DNA of 64,000 nucleotides from the NCBI GenBank assembly GCA_016196755.1, contig JACPXC010000039.1:10645-74644 (forward strand), read 5' to 3'. The stretch comes from Elusimicrobiota bacterium. Lineage in GTDB: Bacteria; Elusimicrobiota; Elusimicrobia; UBA1565. A program made the position numbers and the translations under genes. Below, piece after piece: positions 42,901-51,307 of this stretch (positions are counted from its first letter, which is position 1; every line of letters starts with the position of its first letter). Below the pieces are notes generated by a model. That model ran no database searches. It was not told the DNA's origin and worked only from the letters and a program-made list of their open reading frames with translations.

Positions 42901-45900
42901 CGCCCGCCAACATCGCGCAGGACGCCGACTACTCGGTGCTGAGGCTCTCGCTGGCCATGGACCAGGAGACCGCGCAGTGGACGGCTATCACGGTGACCAA
43001 GACGGGGACCGCGGCCGACGCCGCCGTCGATTCCATCAAAATCTACCTCGACGACGGCGACGCCGTCTACGACGCCGGCGACACGCTCATCTCGGCGGCG
43101 GTGACGCCCTTCTCGGGCGGCTCGGCCGCGATCACCCTGACGGCGGCGCAGACGCTGACGACGAGCGCCAAGGTATACTTCGTCGTCTACGACCTCGACC
43201 CCGAGGCGGCGGCGGGCGACACGATCGGAGGCTCGGTCGGCGCGGCCTCGGCGCTGACGCTGAGCGCCCCGGACGCGGTCTCCTCGGCGAACCTCCCGGC
43301 CGACTCGACGGATTCCTCGATCACCGAGCTTGCGGACACCATCACCGTCACGCCGACCGACATCGCTCCCGCCTTCGCGGTCCGCGGCCAGGAGACAGCT
43401 CTTCTCAAGCTCTCTCTGGCCACCCCCGCCGACTCGGCCTTATGGACCGTGCTGGCCCTGACGAAACTCGGGAGCCTGGGCAATGCCAGGATCACCGCCA
43501 TCAGGGTCTATCTCGATGACGGCGACGGGCTCTACGGCGTGGGCGACTCGCTCTTGGGCAGCGGGACCTACGGCGGCGGCGGGACCGTCGCCCTGTCTCC
43601 GGCCCAGACCATCAACGCTGCCCCGAAGGTGTACTTCGTCGTGTACCTGCTGGCGATCGGTTCCCCCCTGGGCGCCACCACGGGCGTCCGGGTCGCCGCG
43701 AACACCGAGCTGACGGTGACCGCACCCGACCTCGTCAGCGCCGCGAACTTCCCCGCCGACTCGTCCTTGGCCACCGTCGCCGATCCCCCCGCCCTGGTGA
43801 CGGTGACCCCGACCGACCTGGCCCCCGCCAACGTGAACCAGGGCGCCGACTACGCGGCGCTGAGATTGGCCATGGCGACCGGGGGCAACTCGGCCACCTG
43901 GTCGGCGCTCACGGTGACCAAGACCGGGACTCTCGCCGACGGCTCGATCACCACGGTCAAGATCTACCTCGACGACGGCGACGCCGTCTACGACGCCGGC
44001 GACACCCTCATCTCGCCGCCCGTGACGACCTTCTCGGGCGGGGCCGCCGCCATCACCCTGAGCGCGGCCCAGACCCTCTCCACCACGAGCCAGGACTATT
44101 TCGTCGTCTACACCTTGACCGCCACGGCTCTCCCCGGCGCGACGCTCGGGGCCGAGCTCACCGCCAACACCGACCTCACGCTGGACTTAAACAACACCGT
44201 CGCTGCGACCAACTTCCCGATCAACTCGACGAACTCGACGGTGGTCGACGTCGCCGACACGATCACCGTCACGCCGCTCGATCAGGCTCCGGCCGACGTC
44301 GCCCAGGGCGCCGACTTCGCGCTGCAGCGCTGGTCGATCGCCGCCGGGGGCGACCAGGCGCTGTGGACGGCGCTCACGGTGACCAAGACCGGCACGCTCG
44401 CCGACGGCTCGATCACGACGGTGAAGATATACCTCGACGACGGCGACGCCGGCTACGACGCCGGCGACACGCTCATCTCACCGCCGGTCACTACCTTTTC
44501 CGGAGGCTCGGCCGCCATCACGCTGAGCGCGGCTCAGACGCTCACCACCTCGGCGAAGGTCTACTTCATCGTCTATCAGCTCGCCGCCGACGCGACCGTG
44601 GGCGGCACGGTCGGCGCCCAGGTCGCGGCGAACACCGACGTGACGGTGACGGCTCCCGACCTCGTGGCCGCGGCCAATTTCCCGGCCGACTCGACCGACT
44701 CGAACGTGACCGACGTGGCCGACACGATCACGCTCACGCCCACCGACCTCGCTCCGGCCAACGTCGTGCAGGGCGACGAGTACGCGGTGGAGAAGCTCTC
44801 CTTGGCGACCGGCGGCGACCAAGCGAGCTGGACCGCGATCACGGTCACCAAGACCGGCTCCAGCCCGGACGGCGACGTGGACACGGTGAAGGTGTACCTC
44901 GACAACGGCAACGGGACCTGGGGCGGCGAGGACACCCTGGTCTCGCCCCCGGTCAACACCTTCTCGGCCGGCGCGGCCGCGATCACGCTGTCGGCGGCCC
45001 AGACGATCAACACCACGGCCAAGGTCTATTTCATCATCTACAAGGTCAACCTCTCCGCCGCGTTCCCGAACACCCTCGGCGCGGAGGTGACCGCCGACAC
45101 CGACCTCACGGTGAGCGCTCCGGACCTCGTCAGCGCGGCCAATTTCCCGGTCAACTCCGCCAACTCCAACGTCCTGGAGCGCGGCGACCAGATCACCGTG
45201 ACGCCGACGGACCTGGCGCCGGGCAGCGTCGCTCAGGACTCGGACTTCGCCCTGCTCCGGCTCTCGATGGTCACCGACGTGAACTCCGCCCAGTGGACGG
45301 CCGTCAACGTCGCCAAAGCCGGCGACCTCGCCGACGCCAAGGTCAGCTCCGTGAAGATCTACCTCGACGACGGCGACAACGGTTATGACGGCGGCGACAC
45401 CTTGATCTCCCCGGGGGTCACGACGTTCTCGGCGGGCGCGGCGGCCATCACGCTGACGGCGGCCCAGACCATCGGCACGCCCCCCAAGGTATATTTCGTG
45501 GTCTACGACCTGGCCAGCGACGCCCCGGTGGGAGACACCATCGGGGCGAGCATCGCCTCCAAGAACGAGCTGACCATCACGGTGCCCGACGTCGTGGTCG
45601 ACGTGAACTTCCCGGCCGACTCGACGAACTCACCCCTCACCGACATCGCCGACACCGTCACCGTCACGCCGACCGACCTCGCCCCGGCGAGCATCGCCCA
45701 GGCCTCGGACTTCGCCCTGCTCAAACTCTCGCTGGCAACCAACGAGGACGCGGCGACCTGGACAAACCTCACGGTGACCAAGACCGGCGACCTGGCCGAC
45801 GGTGACGTGAGCGCGGTCAAGGTCTACTTCGACGACGGCGACGGGAGCTACGACGGCGGGGACACCCTGGTCTCGTCGGGACTCGACACGTTCACGGCGG

Positions 45901-47912
45901 GAACGGCGGACATCGCCCTCTCGGCCGCGCAGACCATCACGCCGAGCGCCAAGACGTACTTCGTGGTCTATACCTTGGAGGCGCTCGCCGCCGTCGGCGA
46001 CACGATCGGCGCCCAGGTCGCGGCCGCCGGGGACCTGACCGTCTCGGGCGTGGACGTCGTCTCGGCGTCGAACTTCCCGGCGGACTCGACCGACTCCAGC
46101 GTGATCGACGGGGCGGACACCGTCACCGTGACTCCCACCGACCAGGCGCCGGGGAGCATCGCGCAGGACGCGGACTACTCGGCGCTGCGGCTCTCGATGC
46201 TCACCAACCAGGAAACCGCGCTGTGGACCGCGCTCACGGTGACCAAGACCGGGACCGCCGCCGACGCGGCGGTCGACTCCGTGAAGGTCTATATCGACGA
46301 CGGCGACAACGGCTACGACGCAGGCGACACCCTCATCTCGCCGGCGGTGACGACGTTCTCGGGCGGCTCGGCGGCGATCACGCTGTCGGCGGCGCAGACG
46401 CTGACGACCACGGCCAAGGTCTACTTCGTGGTCTATGACCTCGACCCGGAGGCCGTCGTCGGCGCCACCATCGGCGCCTCCCTGGGCGCGGCGTCGGCGC
46501 TGACGGTCAGCGCCCCGGACGCGGTCTCCTCGGCCAATTTCCCGGCCGATTCGACGAACTCCGGCGTCACCGACGTCGCCGACACGATCACGGTGACCCC
46601 CACCGACACCGCCCCCGCCAACATCGGGCAGGGCGAGACCTATTCCCCGCTCAAGCTCTCGATGGCTACCGCGGTGGACCAGGCGGTCTGGACCGCGCTC
46701 ACCGTCACCAAGCTCGGAAACCTCGCCGACGGCCAGATCACCACGGTCCGGGTCTACCTGGACGACGGCGATGGGACTTACGACGCCGGCGACACCTTGG
46801 TCTCGCCGCTGACGAGCACCTTCGCCGGGGGCTCGGTCGCGATCACCCTGTCGGCGGCCCAGACGATCGGCACCACCCCCAAGGCCTACTTCATCGTCTA
46901 CATCCTCGCCGCCGCCGCCCCGGTCGGCAACACGATCGGCGCCCGGGTGACGAACAACGCCAGCCTGAGCGTCACCGCCCCGGACACGGTGTCCGCCGCG
47001 AACTTCCCCGCGGATTCCGCTCTCTCCAGCGTGATCCTGGCCAGCGTGGTCACCGTATCCCGCGCCAACCTCGCTCCGGCCGAGATCGGCCAGGGCTCGG
47101 ACTTCGCGCTCGAGAGCCTCTCGGTGCTCACCGACGCGGAGACCGCGGTCTGGACCGACGTCAGGCTGACCAGGCTGGGAAATCTGGCGGCGGCCGACAT
47201 CACGGCGGTGAGGATCTACCTCGACGACGGCAACGGAGTCTACGGCCCGGAGGACACCCAGCTAGCCACCGGAAAATTCGGGATCCTGACCTTGAGTCCC
47301 GCCCAGACCATCACGACCTCGCCCACGCTTTACTTCGTGGTCTACGTCCTGCCGGGCGCGGCGCCGATCGGGGACACCACCGGCGCCAGCCTCACCCAGG
47401 CGAACTTCACCGTCACGGGCCCCGACACCGTCGCGGGGACGAATTTCCCCCTCGACTCGACGCTGGCCACCGTGGCGGCGCGCGAGCTCGCCGTCGTCTT
47501 GTCGGAGACCCTCATCGAGGCCGGCGACCTCGCTGTCAACGGCGAGTACGTCATCACGACCAACGTGACCGCCGTCAACAACGGCAACGGCCCCCAGACC
47601 TACGACCTCAAAGCCCAGCCGATCACCGGCGGCACGCCGTGGGCTCTGGGCGCGGCGCCCGACTTCGACGTCTTCACCCTGCGGGCGGTGGCCGGCGCCG
47701 CCGAGCCGCCGCTCGGGGATTTCGGCGCCGAGGACGCGCTGAGCGGAGCCGGGGAGCTGTGCACGAGCACCGTCTTCGCGCGCGGCACGGCGCGCTGCGA
47801 CAAGCAGGCCGCCGGCGCCAGCACGGTCCTCTGGCTGAAGGTCGGGATGCCGACCATCACCAGCACCGAGGCCGTGCAGGACATCCAGGTCACGGTGACC
47901 GCCAATCCATGA
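39978..47912 (+). CDS. Giant (2644 aa) secreted protein with 15 tandem ~154-aa repeats
   Basis: Signal peptide MRTNSPRISPSARSLLGALILSLALPRELHA. A ~165-aa N-terminal domain (..WTNPANVQGDDGAYADF..). Fifteen units of the pattern PTDxAP..QG..FA..LSL.T....WT...VTKTG.LADG.V..VKIYLDDGDG.YD.GDTLIS....F.GG.A.ITLSAAQT....KVYF.VY.L......G.TIGA......LT...PD.V...NFP..S. A ~150-aa C-terminal domain. No T9SS CTD. Confidence 0.9.
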   Translation: MRTNSPRISPSARSLLGALILSLALPRELHADTAVKTAVDAASVSGGADWTNPANVQGDDGAYADFNATSQSYLTIKTFGFSLPVGATVDGVQVVVNGQGAGGTNARRRFRAGLTKDGANLAGTEMTALTFLQDVDSDITTGGATDLWGTTLTRAEVNSADFGILIRDQNTTADLLRFDHATVTVFYTPASQATATPTDVAPAGLDQGAESAFEKLSLVTDQGNAEWTAVKVTKSGTLADSGVTSVKIYLDNGNGVYGGEDTLISPAVTVFAGGVANITLSAAQTLTATAKVYFVVYDLEPSAAPGATIGASIASQADLTITSPDTISSANFPANSANATVGDVADTVTMTPTDQAPGSAAQGAEFALERLSLVTNAETALWTAIKVTKGGTLGDGYVTTVKIYEDTSGDGFYGGGDTLISPSVNTFTSGSVTITLSAPQTITTSAKAYFIVCQIASDATVGATIGAQAAADTDLTLSAPDAVSAANFPAASANTAITDVADTITLTPTDLAPADIVQGSDYAVEKLSLATGGDAAVWTAVTVTKTGDLADGDVASVKLYLDTGNGVYGAEDTLLANGAFSGGAAALSLSPAQTITTSAQVYFIVYVLTSGAAPGDTIGAQLTNNASLTVSAPDTVATTNFPVNSSNSTVLLQGDEITVTPTDQAPGSVSQGAEFALLRLSMATDANTAEWTALNVTKGGTVPDAGIATVKIYLDDGDGVYDAGDTLISPAVTAFSGGAAAVTLTAAQTITTTPKVYFIVYDLESDASAGTTVGASVASNSQLTVTTPDTAASANLPANSANATINDVADTVTVTPTDAAPANIAQGSDFALLKLSLAADDDQATWTNLTVTKTGDLADGQVTTVKVYLDDGDGTYDAGDTLISPAVNTFTAGVVSIAISASQAITPAAKVYFVVYALEALAAVGGTIGARVAAAGDVTVTGVDGVSAANLPANSTVASVVDGADTATVTPTDQAPANIAQDADYSVLRLSLAMDQETAQWTAITVTKTGTAADAAVDSIKIYLDDGDAVYDAGDTLISAAVTPFSGGSAAITLTAAQTLTTSAKVYFVVYDLDPEAAAGDTIGGSVGAASALTLSAPDAVSSANLPADSTDSSITELADTITVTPTDIAPAFAVRGQETALLKLSLATPADSALWTVLALTKLGSLGNARITAIRVYLDDGDGLYGVGDSLLGSGTYGGGGTVALSPAQTINAAPKVYFVVYLLAIGSPLGATTGVRVAANTELTVTAPDLVSAANFPADSSLATVADPPALVTVTPTDLAPANVNQGADYAALRLAMATGGNSATWSALTVTKTGTLADGSITTVKIYLDDGDAVYDAGDTLISPPVTTFSGGAAAITLSAAQTLSTTSQDYFVVYTLTATALPGATLGAELTANTDLTLDLNNTVAATNFPINSTNSTVVDVADTITVTPLDQAPADVAQGADFALQRWSIAAGGDQALWTALTVTKTGTLADGSITTVKIYLDDGDAGYDAGDTLISPPVTTFSGGSAAITLSAAQTLTTSAKVYFIVYQLAADATVGGTVGAQVAANTDVTVTAPDLVAAANFPADSTDSNVTDVADTITLTPTDLAPANVVQGDEYAVEKLSLATGGDQASWTAITVTKTGSSPDGDVDTVKVYLDNGNGTWGGEDTLVSPPVNTFSAGAAAITLSAAQTINTTAKVYFIIYKVNLSAAFPNTLGAEVTADTDLTVSAPDLVSAANFPVNSANSNVLERGDQITVTPTDLAPGSVAQDSDFALLRLSMVTDVNSAQWTAVNVAKAGDLADAKVSSVKIYLDDGDNGYDGGDTLISPGVTTFSAGAAAITLTAAQTIGTPPKVYFVVYDLASDAPVGDTIGASIASKNELTITVPDVVVDVNFPADSTNSPLTDIADTVTVTPTDLAPASIAQASDFALLKLSLATNEDAATWTNLTVTKTGDLADGDVSAVKVYFDDGDGSYDGGDTLVSSGLDTFTAGTADIALSAAQTITPSAKTYFVVYTLEALAAVGDTIGAQVAAAGDLTVSGVDVVSASNFPADSTDSSVIDGADTVTVTPTDQAPGSIAQDADYSALRLSMLTNQETALWTALTVTKTGTAADAAVDSVKVYIDDGDNGYDAGDTLISPAVTTFSGGSAAITLSAAQTLTTTAKVYFVVYDLDPEAVVGATIGASLGAASALTVSAPDAVSSANFPADSTNSGVTDVADTITVTPTDTAPANIGQGETYSPLKLSMATAVDQAVWTALTVTKLGNLADGQITTVRVYLDDGDGTYDAGDTLVSPLTSTFAGGSVAITLSAAQTIGTTPKAYFIVYILAAAAPVGNTIGARVTNNASLSVTAPDTVSAANFPADSALSSVILASVVTVSRANLAPAEIGQGSDFALESLSVLTDAETAVWTDVRLTRLGNLAAADITAVRIYLDDGNGVYGPEDTQLATGKFGILTLSPAQTITTSPTLYFVVYVLPGAAPIGDTTGASLTQANFTVTGPDTVAGTNFPLDSTLATVAARELAVVLSETLIEAGDLAVNGEYVITTNVTAVNNGNGPQTYDLKAQPITGGTPWALGAAPDFDVFTLRAVAGAAEPPLGDFGAEDALSGAGELCTSTVFARGTARCDKQAAGASTVLWLKVGMPTITSTEAVQDIQVTVTANP
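40566..47498 (+). repeat. Coding tandem-repeat array: 15 units, organised as a duplicated 7-unit super-repeat plus one
   Basis: Unit 1 starts at 40566 (aa 197), unit 8 at 43809 (aa 1278), unit 15 at 47061 (aa 2362). Units 3-7 resemble units 10-14 far more than they resemble their neighbours. Confidence 0.8.
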
Positions 47913-48736
47913 CCAGGGCGCTCACGCTCCTCGCCGCCGTCCTGCTAGGCGCCGCCCCGGCGGGGGCGCAGATCGGCCTGGCGACCAGCTTCGTCGAGGT
48001 CTCCATCGACGGGCTCGAGCCGGGGCGCGTCCACGGGCTGGCCGATTTCTCCGAGCTCGAGTACCCGGTCCGCAATCTCGGCGGGAAGGCCGTGGAGGCG
48101 CTCCTCAAGGCCGAGCGTCCGGCCCGGGCCGCGCCTTTCTACGAGCCCATACCCGATCCCGCCTGGATCCGCTTCTCATCGGCCGCGCTCAAGCTCCAGC
48201 CCGGCGCCTCGGCTTCCGCCGAGGTGCTGATAGCGCTCCCGGACGACCCCCGCCTCTTTGGCAGGCACTTCGAGGCCTCCATCTGGGCGCGCACCCGGGG
48301 CGCCGGCGGCCTCGCCGCGGGAGTGAGGAGCCGCCTGAGATTCTCCGTCGGCCCACCTCCCGGCGCGCCGGAGGAGCGCGCGCCCCGGAGCCTGGCATGC
48401 CTGCTCGGGCCGGAAGACGTCCACGTAAGGCGCGCCAAGCCGGCCCACCGCCTTTCTCTCAGAGTCGCCAGCCGCGAGAGCCTTCCGCTCGAGCTCCTCG
48501 TGCGCGCCTTCCCGGCGCCGAAGGTCCCACGCGGCTTCCAGCCCGTCGAGCCTTCGGCGTGGGTCATATTCAAGCCGGCTCGCCTAAGGCTCGCCCCGAA
48601 GGGCTCGGCGGTCCTCGAGCTAGAATGGGCCGCTCCTGCGGAGCTCCGCGGCAGGCGGGTCGCCTTTGCGCTGCGCGCCGAGGCCTCCGACGGCCGCGCC
48701 TGCCCGACGCGCAGGGTCTTCCTCGACTTGGAGTAG
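47909..48736 (+). CDS. Secreted hypothetical protein, translationally coupled to giant gene 2
   Basis: Track ORF 47639-48736 trimmed to ATG 47909 (ATGA overlap with the giant-gene stop). MTRALTLLAAVLLGAAPAGAQ is a signal peptide. Two similar halves (PAWIRFSSAALKLQPGASASAEVLIALPDD and SAWVIFKPARLRLAPKGSAVLELEWAAPAE) suggest two beta-sandwich domains. Confidence 0.65.
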   Translation: MTRALTLLAAVLLGAAPAGAQIGLATSFVEVSIDGLEPGRVHGLADFSELEYPVRNLGGKAVEALLKAERPARAAPFYEPIPDPAWIRFSSAALKLQPGASASAEVLIALPDDPRLFGRHFEASIWARTRGAGGLAAGVRSRLRFSVGPPPGAPEERAPRSLACLLGPEDVHVRRAKPAHRLSLRVASRESLPLELLVRAFPAPKVPRGFQPVEPSAWVIFKPARLRLAPKGSAVLELEWAAPAELRGRRVAFALRAEASDGRACPTRRVFLDLE

Positions 48737-48769
48737 CATTTGGTATCGTCGCGGGGAGAAGGAGGAGAC

Positions 48770-49453
48770 ATGCCCGGCTGCCTTTCCGTCGTCGTCCCGG
48801 TCTACAACGAGGCGGCCGCCCTGCCCGGCCTGCTCGAGACCCTGCGGCGCCAGGCCCCGGACGCCGAACTGGTCGTAGCCGACGCCGGCTCGCTGGACGG
48901 CACGCAGGCCGCCGCGCGGGAAGGCGCCGATGTACTCGTGAAGTGCGTGAAGCCCGGCCGCGCCTTCCAGCTCGACTGCGGCCTGCGCGCGTCCTCGGGG
49001 GCCGTCGTCCTCTTCCTCCACGCCGACACCGTCCTGCCCGACGGCTGGCCGGCCCTCGTCGCCGACGCCTTCGCCGCCCTGCCCACGCCGGCGGCCAGCT
49101 CGTTTCGCCTAGCCTTCGACAGCCCGCGGCCGTTCTATCGCGTCCTCGAGCGCGCGGCCGCCCTGCGCCAGGCCGTCACGGGGGTCCCGCACGGCGACCA
49201 GGCCGTCGCCGTCCTGCGCGAGGCCTATCTGGCCTGCGGAGGCTTTCCGGTGGTCCCGCTCATGGAGGAGTACGAGCTGGCCCGGAGGCTCAGGTCCCAG
49301 GGCCGCTTCGTCACGCTCGAGGCCGCGGCGACGACCTCGGTGCGCCGCTACGAGAGGGACGGGCCGCTCAAGCGCGCGTTGGGAAACTCCGCCCGTGTGG
49401 CGCTCTGGTACCTCGGCGTCTCGCCCGAACGCCTGGCGCGGGGCTACCGGTGA
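48770..49453 (+). CDS. Family-2 glycosyltransferase, TIGR04283-like
   Basis: Track ORF 48740-49453 trimmed to ATG 48770 (GGAGGA at 48761). LSVVVPVYNEAAALPGLL, LFLHADTVLP, PHGDQAVAV, LMEEYELARRL and TSVRRYERDG fit my memory of that family. Confidence 0.7.
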   Translation: MPGCLSVVVPVYNEAAALPGLLETLRRQAPDAELVVADAGSLDGTQAAAREGADVLVKCVKPGRAFQLDCGLRASSGAVVLFLHADTVLPDGWPALVADAFAALPTPAASSFRLAFDSPRPFYRVLERAAALRQAVTGVPHGDQAVAVLREAYLACGGFPVVPLMEEYELARRLRSQGRFVTLEAAATTSVRRYERDGPLKRALGNSARVALWYLGVSPERLARGYR

Positions 49454-50106
49454 AGAGCGTGCTCGTCTTCGCGAAGGCCCCCGTGCCCGGAGCGGTGAAG
49501 ACGCGTCTGACCCCGCCGTTCTCGGCCGAGCAGGCCGCCGGCCTCTATCGGGCCATGGCCGCCGACTGCTTGGGGGCGGCCGAAGCGGTCCCGGGGGCGC
49601 GGGTCAGAGTGGCCTATCAGCCCGCGCCGACCTGGCCGGACCCGTCATGGCTGAAGATCCCGGCCCCGGACTGGTTCCCGCAGGCGGGGGCCGACCTCGG
49701 ACGCCGCTTGGCCGCGGCCACGGAAAAGGCCTTCGTCGACGGCGCCGAGCGCGTCGTCGTCATCGGAACGGACTCCCCCCAGCTCGCCCCGGCCACGATC
49801 GAAGAGGCCTTCGCCCGTCTGGCCGCCGCGCCGCTGGTCCTGGGCCCCGCCGCCGACGGCGGCTACTACCTCATCGGCCTGCGCGAGCCGGCCCCGAGCT
49901 TGTTCGATGACGTCCCTTGGTCCACCGCGGGAGTCCTCAAAGCCACTCAGCAGCGGGCCGCCGAGCTGCATTGGCCCGTCCATCTGCTCGATGAGCTCGA
50001 GGACGTCGATGACGCCCCCTCCCTGGCCCGCATGCTGGCCGCCGTGAAAGGCGCCCCGCTGGCCCTGCGTACCCAGACGGCCATCGCCGACCTCACCCGG
50101 CGCTGA
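49450..50106 (+). CDS. DUF2064 / TIGR04282-like putative transferase
   Basis: Part of track ORF 48397-50106, from GTG 49450 (GTGA overlap). VLVFAKAPVPGAVKTRLTPP, VVVIGTDSPQL, LGPAADGGYYLIGL, VPWSTAGV, LEDVDD. Confidence 0.7.
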   Translation: MKSVLVFAKAPVPGAVKTRLTPPFSAEQAAGLYRAMAADCLGAAEAVPGARVRVAYQPAPTWPDPSWLKIPAPDWFPQAGADLGRRLAAATEKAFVDGAERVVVIGTDSPQLAPATIEEAFARLAAAPLVLGPAADGGYYLIGLREPAPSLFDDVPWSTAGVLKATQQRAAELHWPVHLLDELEDVDDAPSLARMLAAVKGAPLALRTQTAIADLTRR

Positions 50107-50107
50107 A

Positions 50108-51307
50108 TCAGGTTCCAGAAAACAGGTCGGCGGGGTCGGCGAGGAAGAATTCCTCGAGGGGCATCCCCCCGGGTCCGACGATGAACGGCCGGGCTTCAGG
50201 CCATAGCCGCTTGAACGCCCTCAGGCCGGCGCCGTCGCCGGGAGCGGCGCCCGACTTGACCTCGATGGCCCACAGAGCCCGCGGAGTCTTCACCACGAAG
50301 TCCACCTCGCGGTCCCGCTCGCGCCAATAATAGACCTGACTGGTCGTGGGGTCGAGCGCCCCCAGGAGATGCCCTCCCACTGCGTTCTCCACCAAGCGGC
50401 CGCGCCAAGCCGGGTCGCGCAGCGCGCGCTCACGCGGCTCCCCCAGATACGCCGTCACGAGGGCGTTGTTGCGAAAGACCAGCTTCGGGCTGCCGGCGCG
50501 CTTGCGGCCGCGCCCGGCTTTGTATAGGTCGAGCCCGCCCACGAGGAACGCCGAGTCCAACAGGTGGAGGTAATGCGCCAGGGTCGTCGTATTGCCGGCG
50601 TCCTGGAGTTGTCCGAGCATCTTGTTGTAGGAGAGGATCTCGGCAGGGTGCGAGACGGCGAGTCCGAAAAGATGGCGCAGCAAGGCGGGCTTCGCCACCG
50701 CCGCCAATTGGAGGACGTCGCGCGAAAGGACGGTCTCTATGAGCGAGTCCGTGATGTAGCGGCGCCAGGACGCCTCGTCCGCCTTTAAGACCGCCGCGCC
50801 GGGATAGCCTCCGAAATACAGCCAGTCTTCCAGGTCCCAGCCGAAGGCTTCGCGCATCTCGCCCAACGACCAATGGCCGCATTGATAAGAGAGGAAGCGG
50901 CCGGCCATGCTCTCCGCGAGGCCTTTCTGGATGAGAAGGCTCGATGAGCCCAGGAGCAGTACCCGGATGGCGCGGCTTTCCCGCCTGGCGCGATCCCAAA
51001 GCAGTTTGATCGTCTCGCTCCAGCCGGACACCTTTTGAATCTCATCGAGCACGAGAAGGACGCGGCCATCGCGCCCTCCTCGGGCCAACGCTAATTCCCA
51101 CTGGGCATGGATCCATTCCGGGCCGGGAGGCAACGGGGCGTCGGCCGCCGCGAAGACGGTCTCGCCCTTCCAGGTCCGGCAGATTTGCTGGGCTGCCGTC
51201 GTCTTTCCGACTTGCCGTGGTCCGGTGATGATATGAAGGAAGGGTAATTCCGTCGCTAATGCTTCCTCTATTTTCGCGACGAGGGGGTGCTTGTAAATAT
51301 TACTCAT
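50108..51307 (-). CDS. AAA-family ATPase with DUF4143-type C-terminal domain (paralog 1)
   Basis: Track ORF 50108-51346 trimmed to ATG 51307 (MSNIYKHPLV). Walker A ITGPRQVGKTT and Walker B LLVLDEIQKV. C-terminal EVDFVV...AIEVKSG is nuclease-fold-like. Confidence 0.8.
   Translation of the reverse strand: MSNIYKHPLVAKIEEALATELPFLHIITGPRQVGKTTAAQQICRTWKGETVFAAADAPLPPGPEWIHAQWELALARGGRDGRVLLVLDEIQKVSGWSETIKLLWDRARRESRAIRVLLLGSSSLLIQKGLAESMAGRFLSYQCGHWSLGEMREAFGWDLEDWLYFGGYPGAAVLKADEASWRRYITDSLIETVLSRDVLQLAAVAKPALLRHLFGLAVSHPAEILSYNKMLGQLQDAGNTTTLAHYLHLLDSAFLVGGLDLYKAGRGRKRAGSPKLVFRNNALVTAYLGEPRERALRDPAWRGRLVENAVGGHLLGALDPTTSQVYYWRERDREVDFVVKTPRALWAIEVKSGAAPGDGAGLRAFKRLWPEARPFIVGPGGMPLEEFFLADPADLFSGT

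Noticed and set aside
39488-43519. Large ORFs 39488-40870+, 39951-41840-, 41120-43519+, 44363-45388+ and many smaller ones inside the 2644-aa gene
   Set aside because: They are alternative-frame or antisense readings of the repeat array and give Arg/Gly/Asp-rich nonsense that inherits the periodicity. The 39978-47912 frame has a signal peptide and a coherent repeat structure.
40566-47498. CRISPR-like or satellite interpretation of the ~460-nt tandem periodicity
   Set aside because: The units are ~460 nt, contiguous and without spacers, lie in one uninterrupted reading frame, and diverge mostly at synonymous or conservative positions. This is a coding repeat, not a CRISPR array.
28859-47912. 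Diversity-generating retroelement or other targeted hypervariation acting on the repeated giant genes
   Set aside because: No reverse transcriptase, template repeat or adenine-specific mismatch pattern is visible. Differences between repeat copies are scattered.
48770-50106. Presence of a selenoprotein or radical-SAM maturase system next to the TIGR04283/04282-like pair
   Set aside because: No radical-SAM (CxxxCxxC) ORF, in-frame TGA candidate or SECIS-like hairpin could be identified in the flanking sequence. The partner gene, if any, is outside this window.
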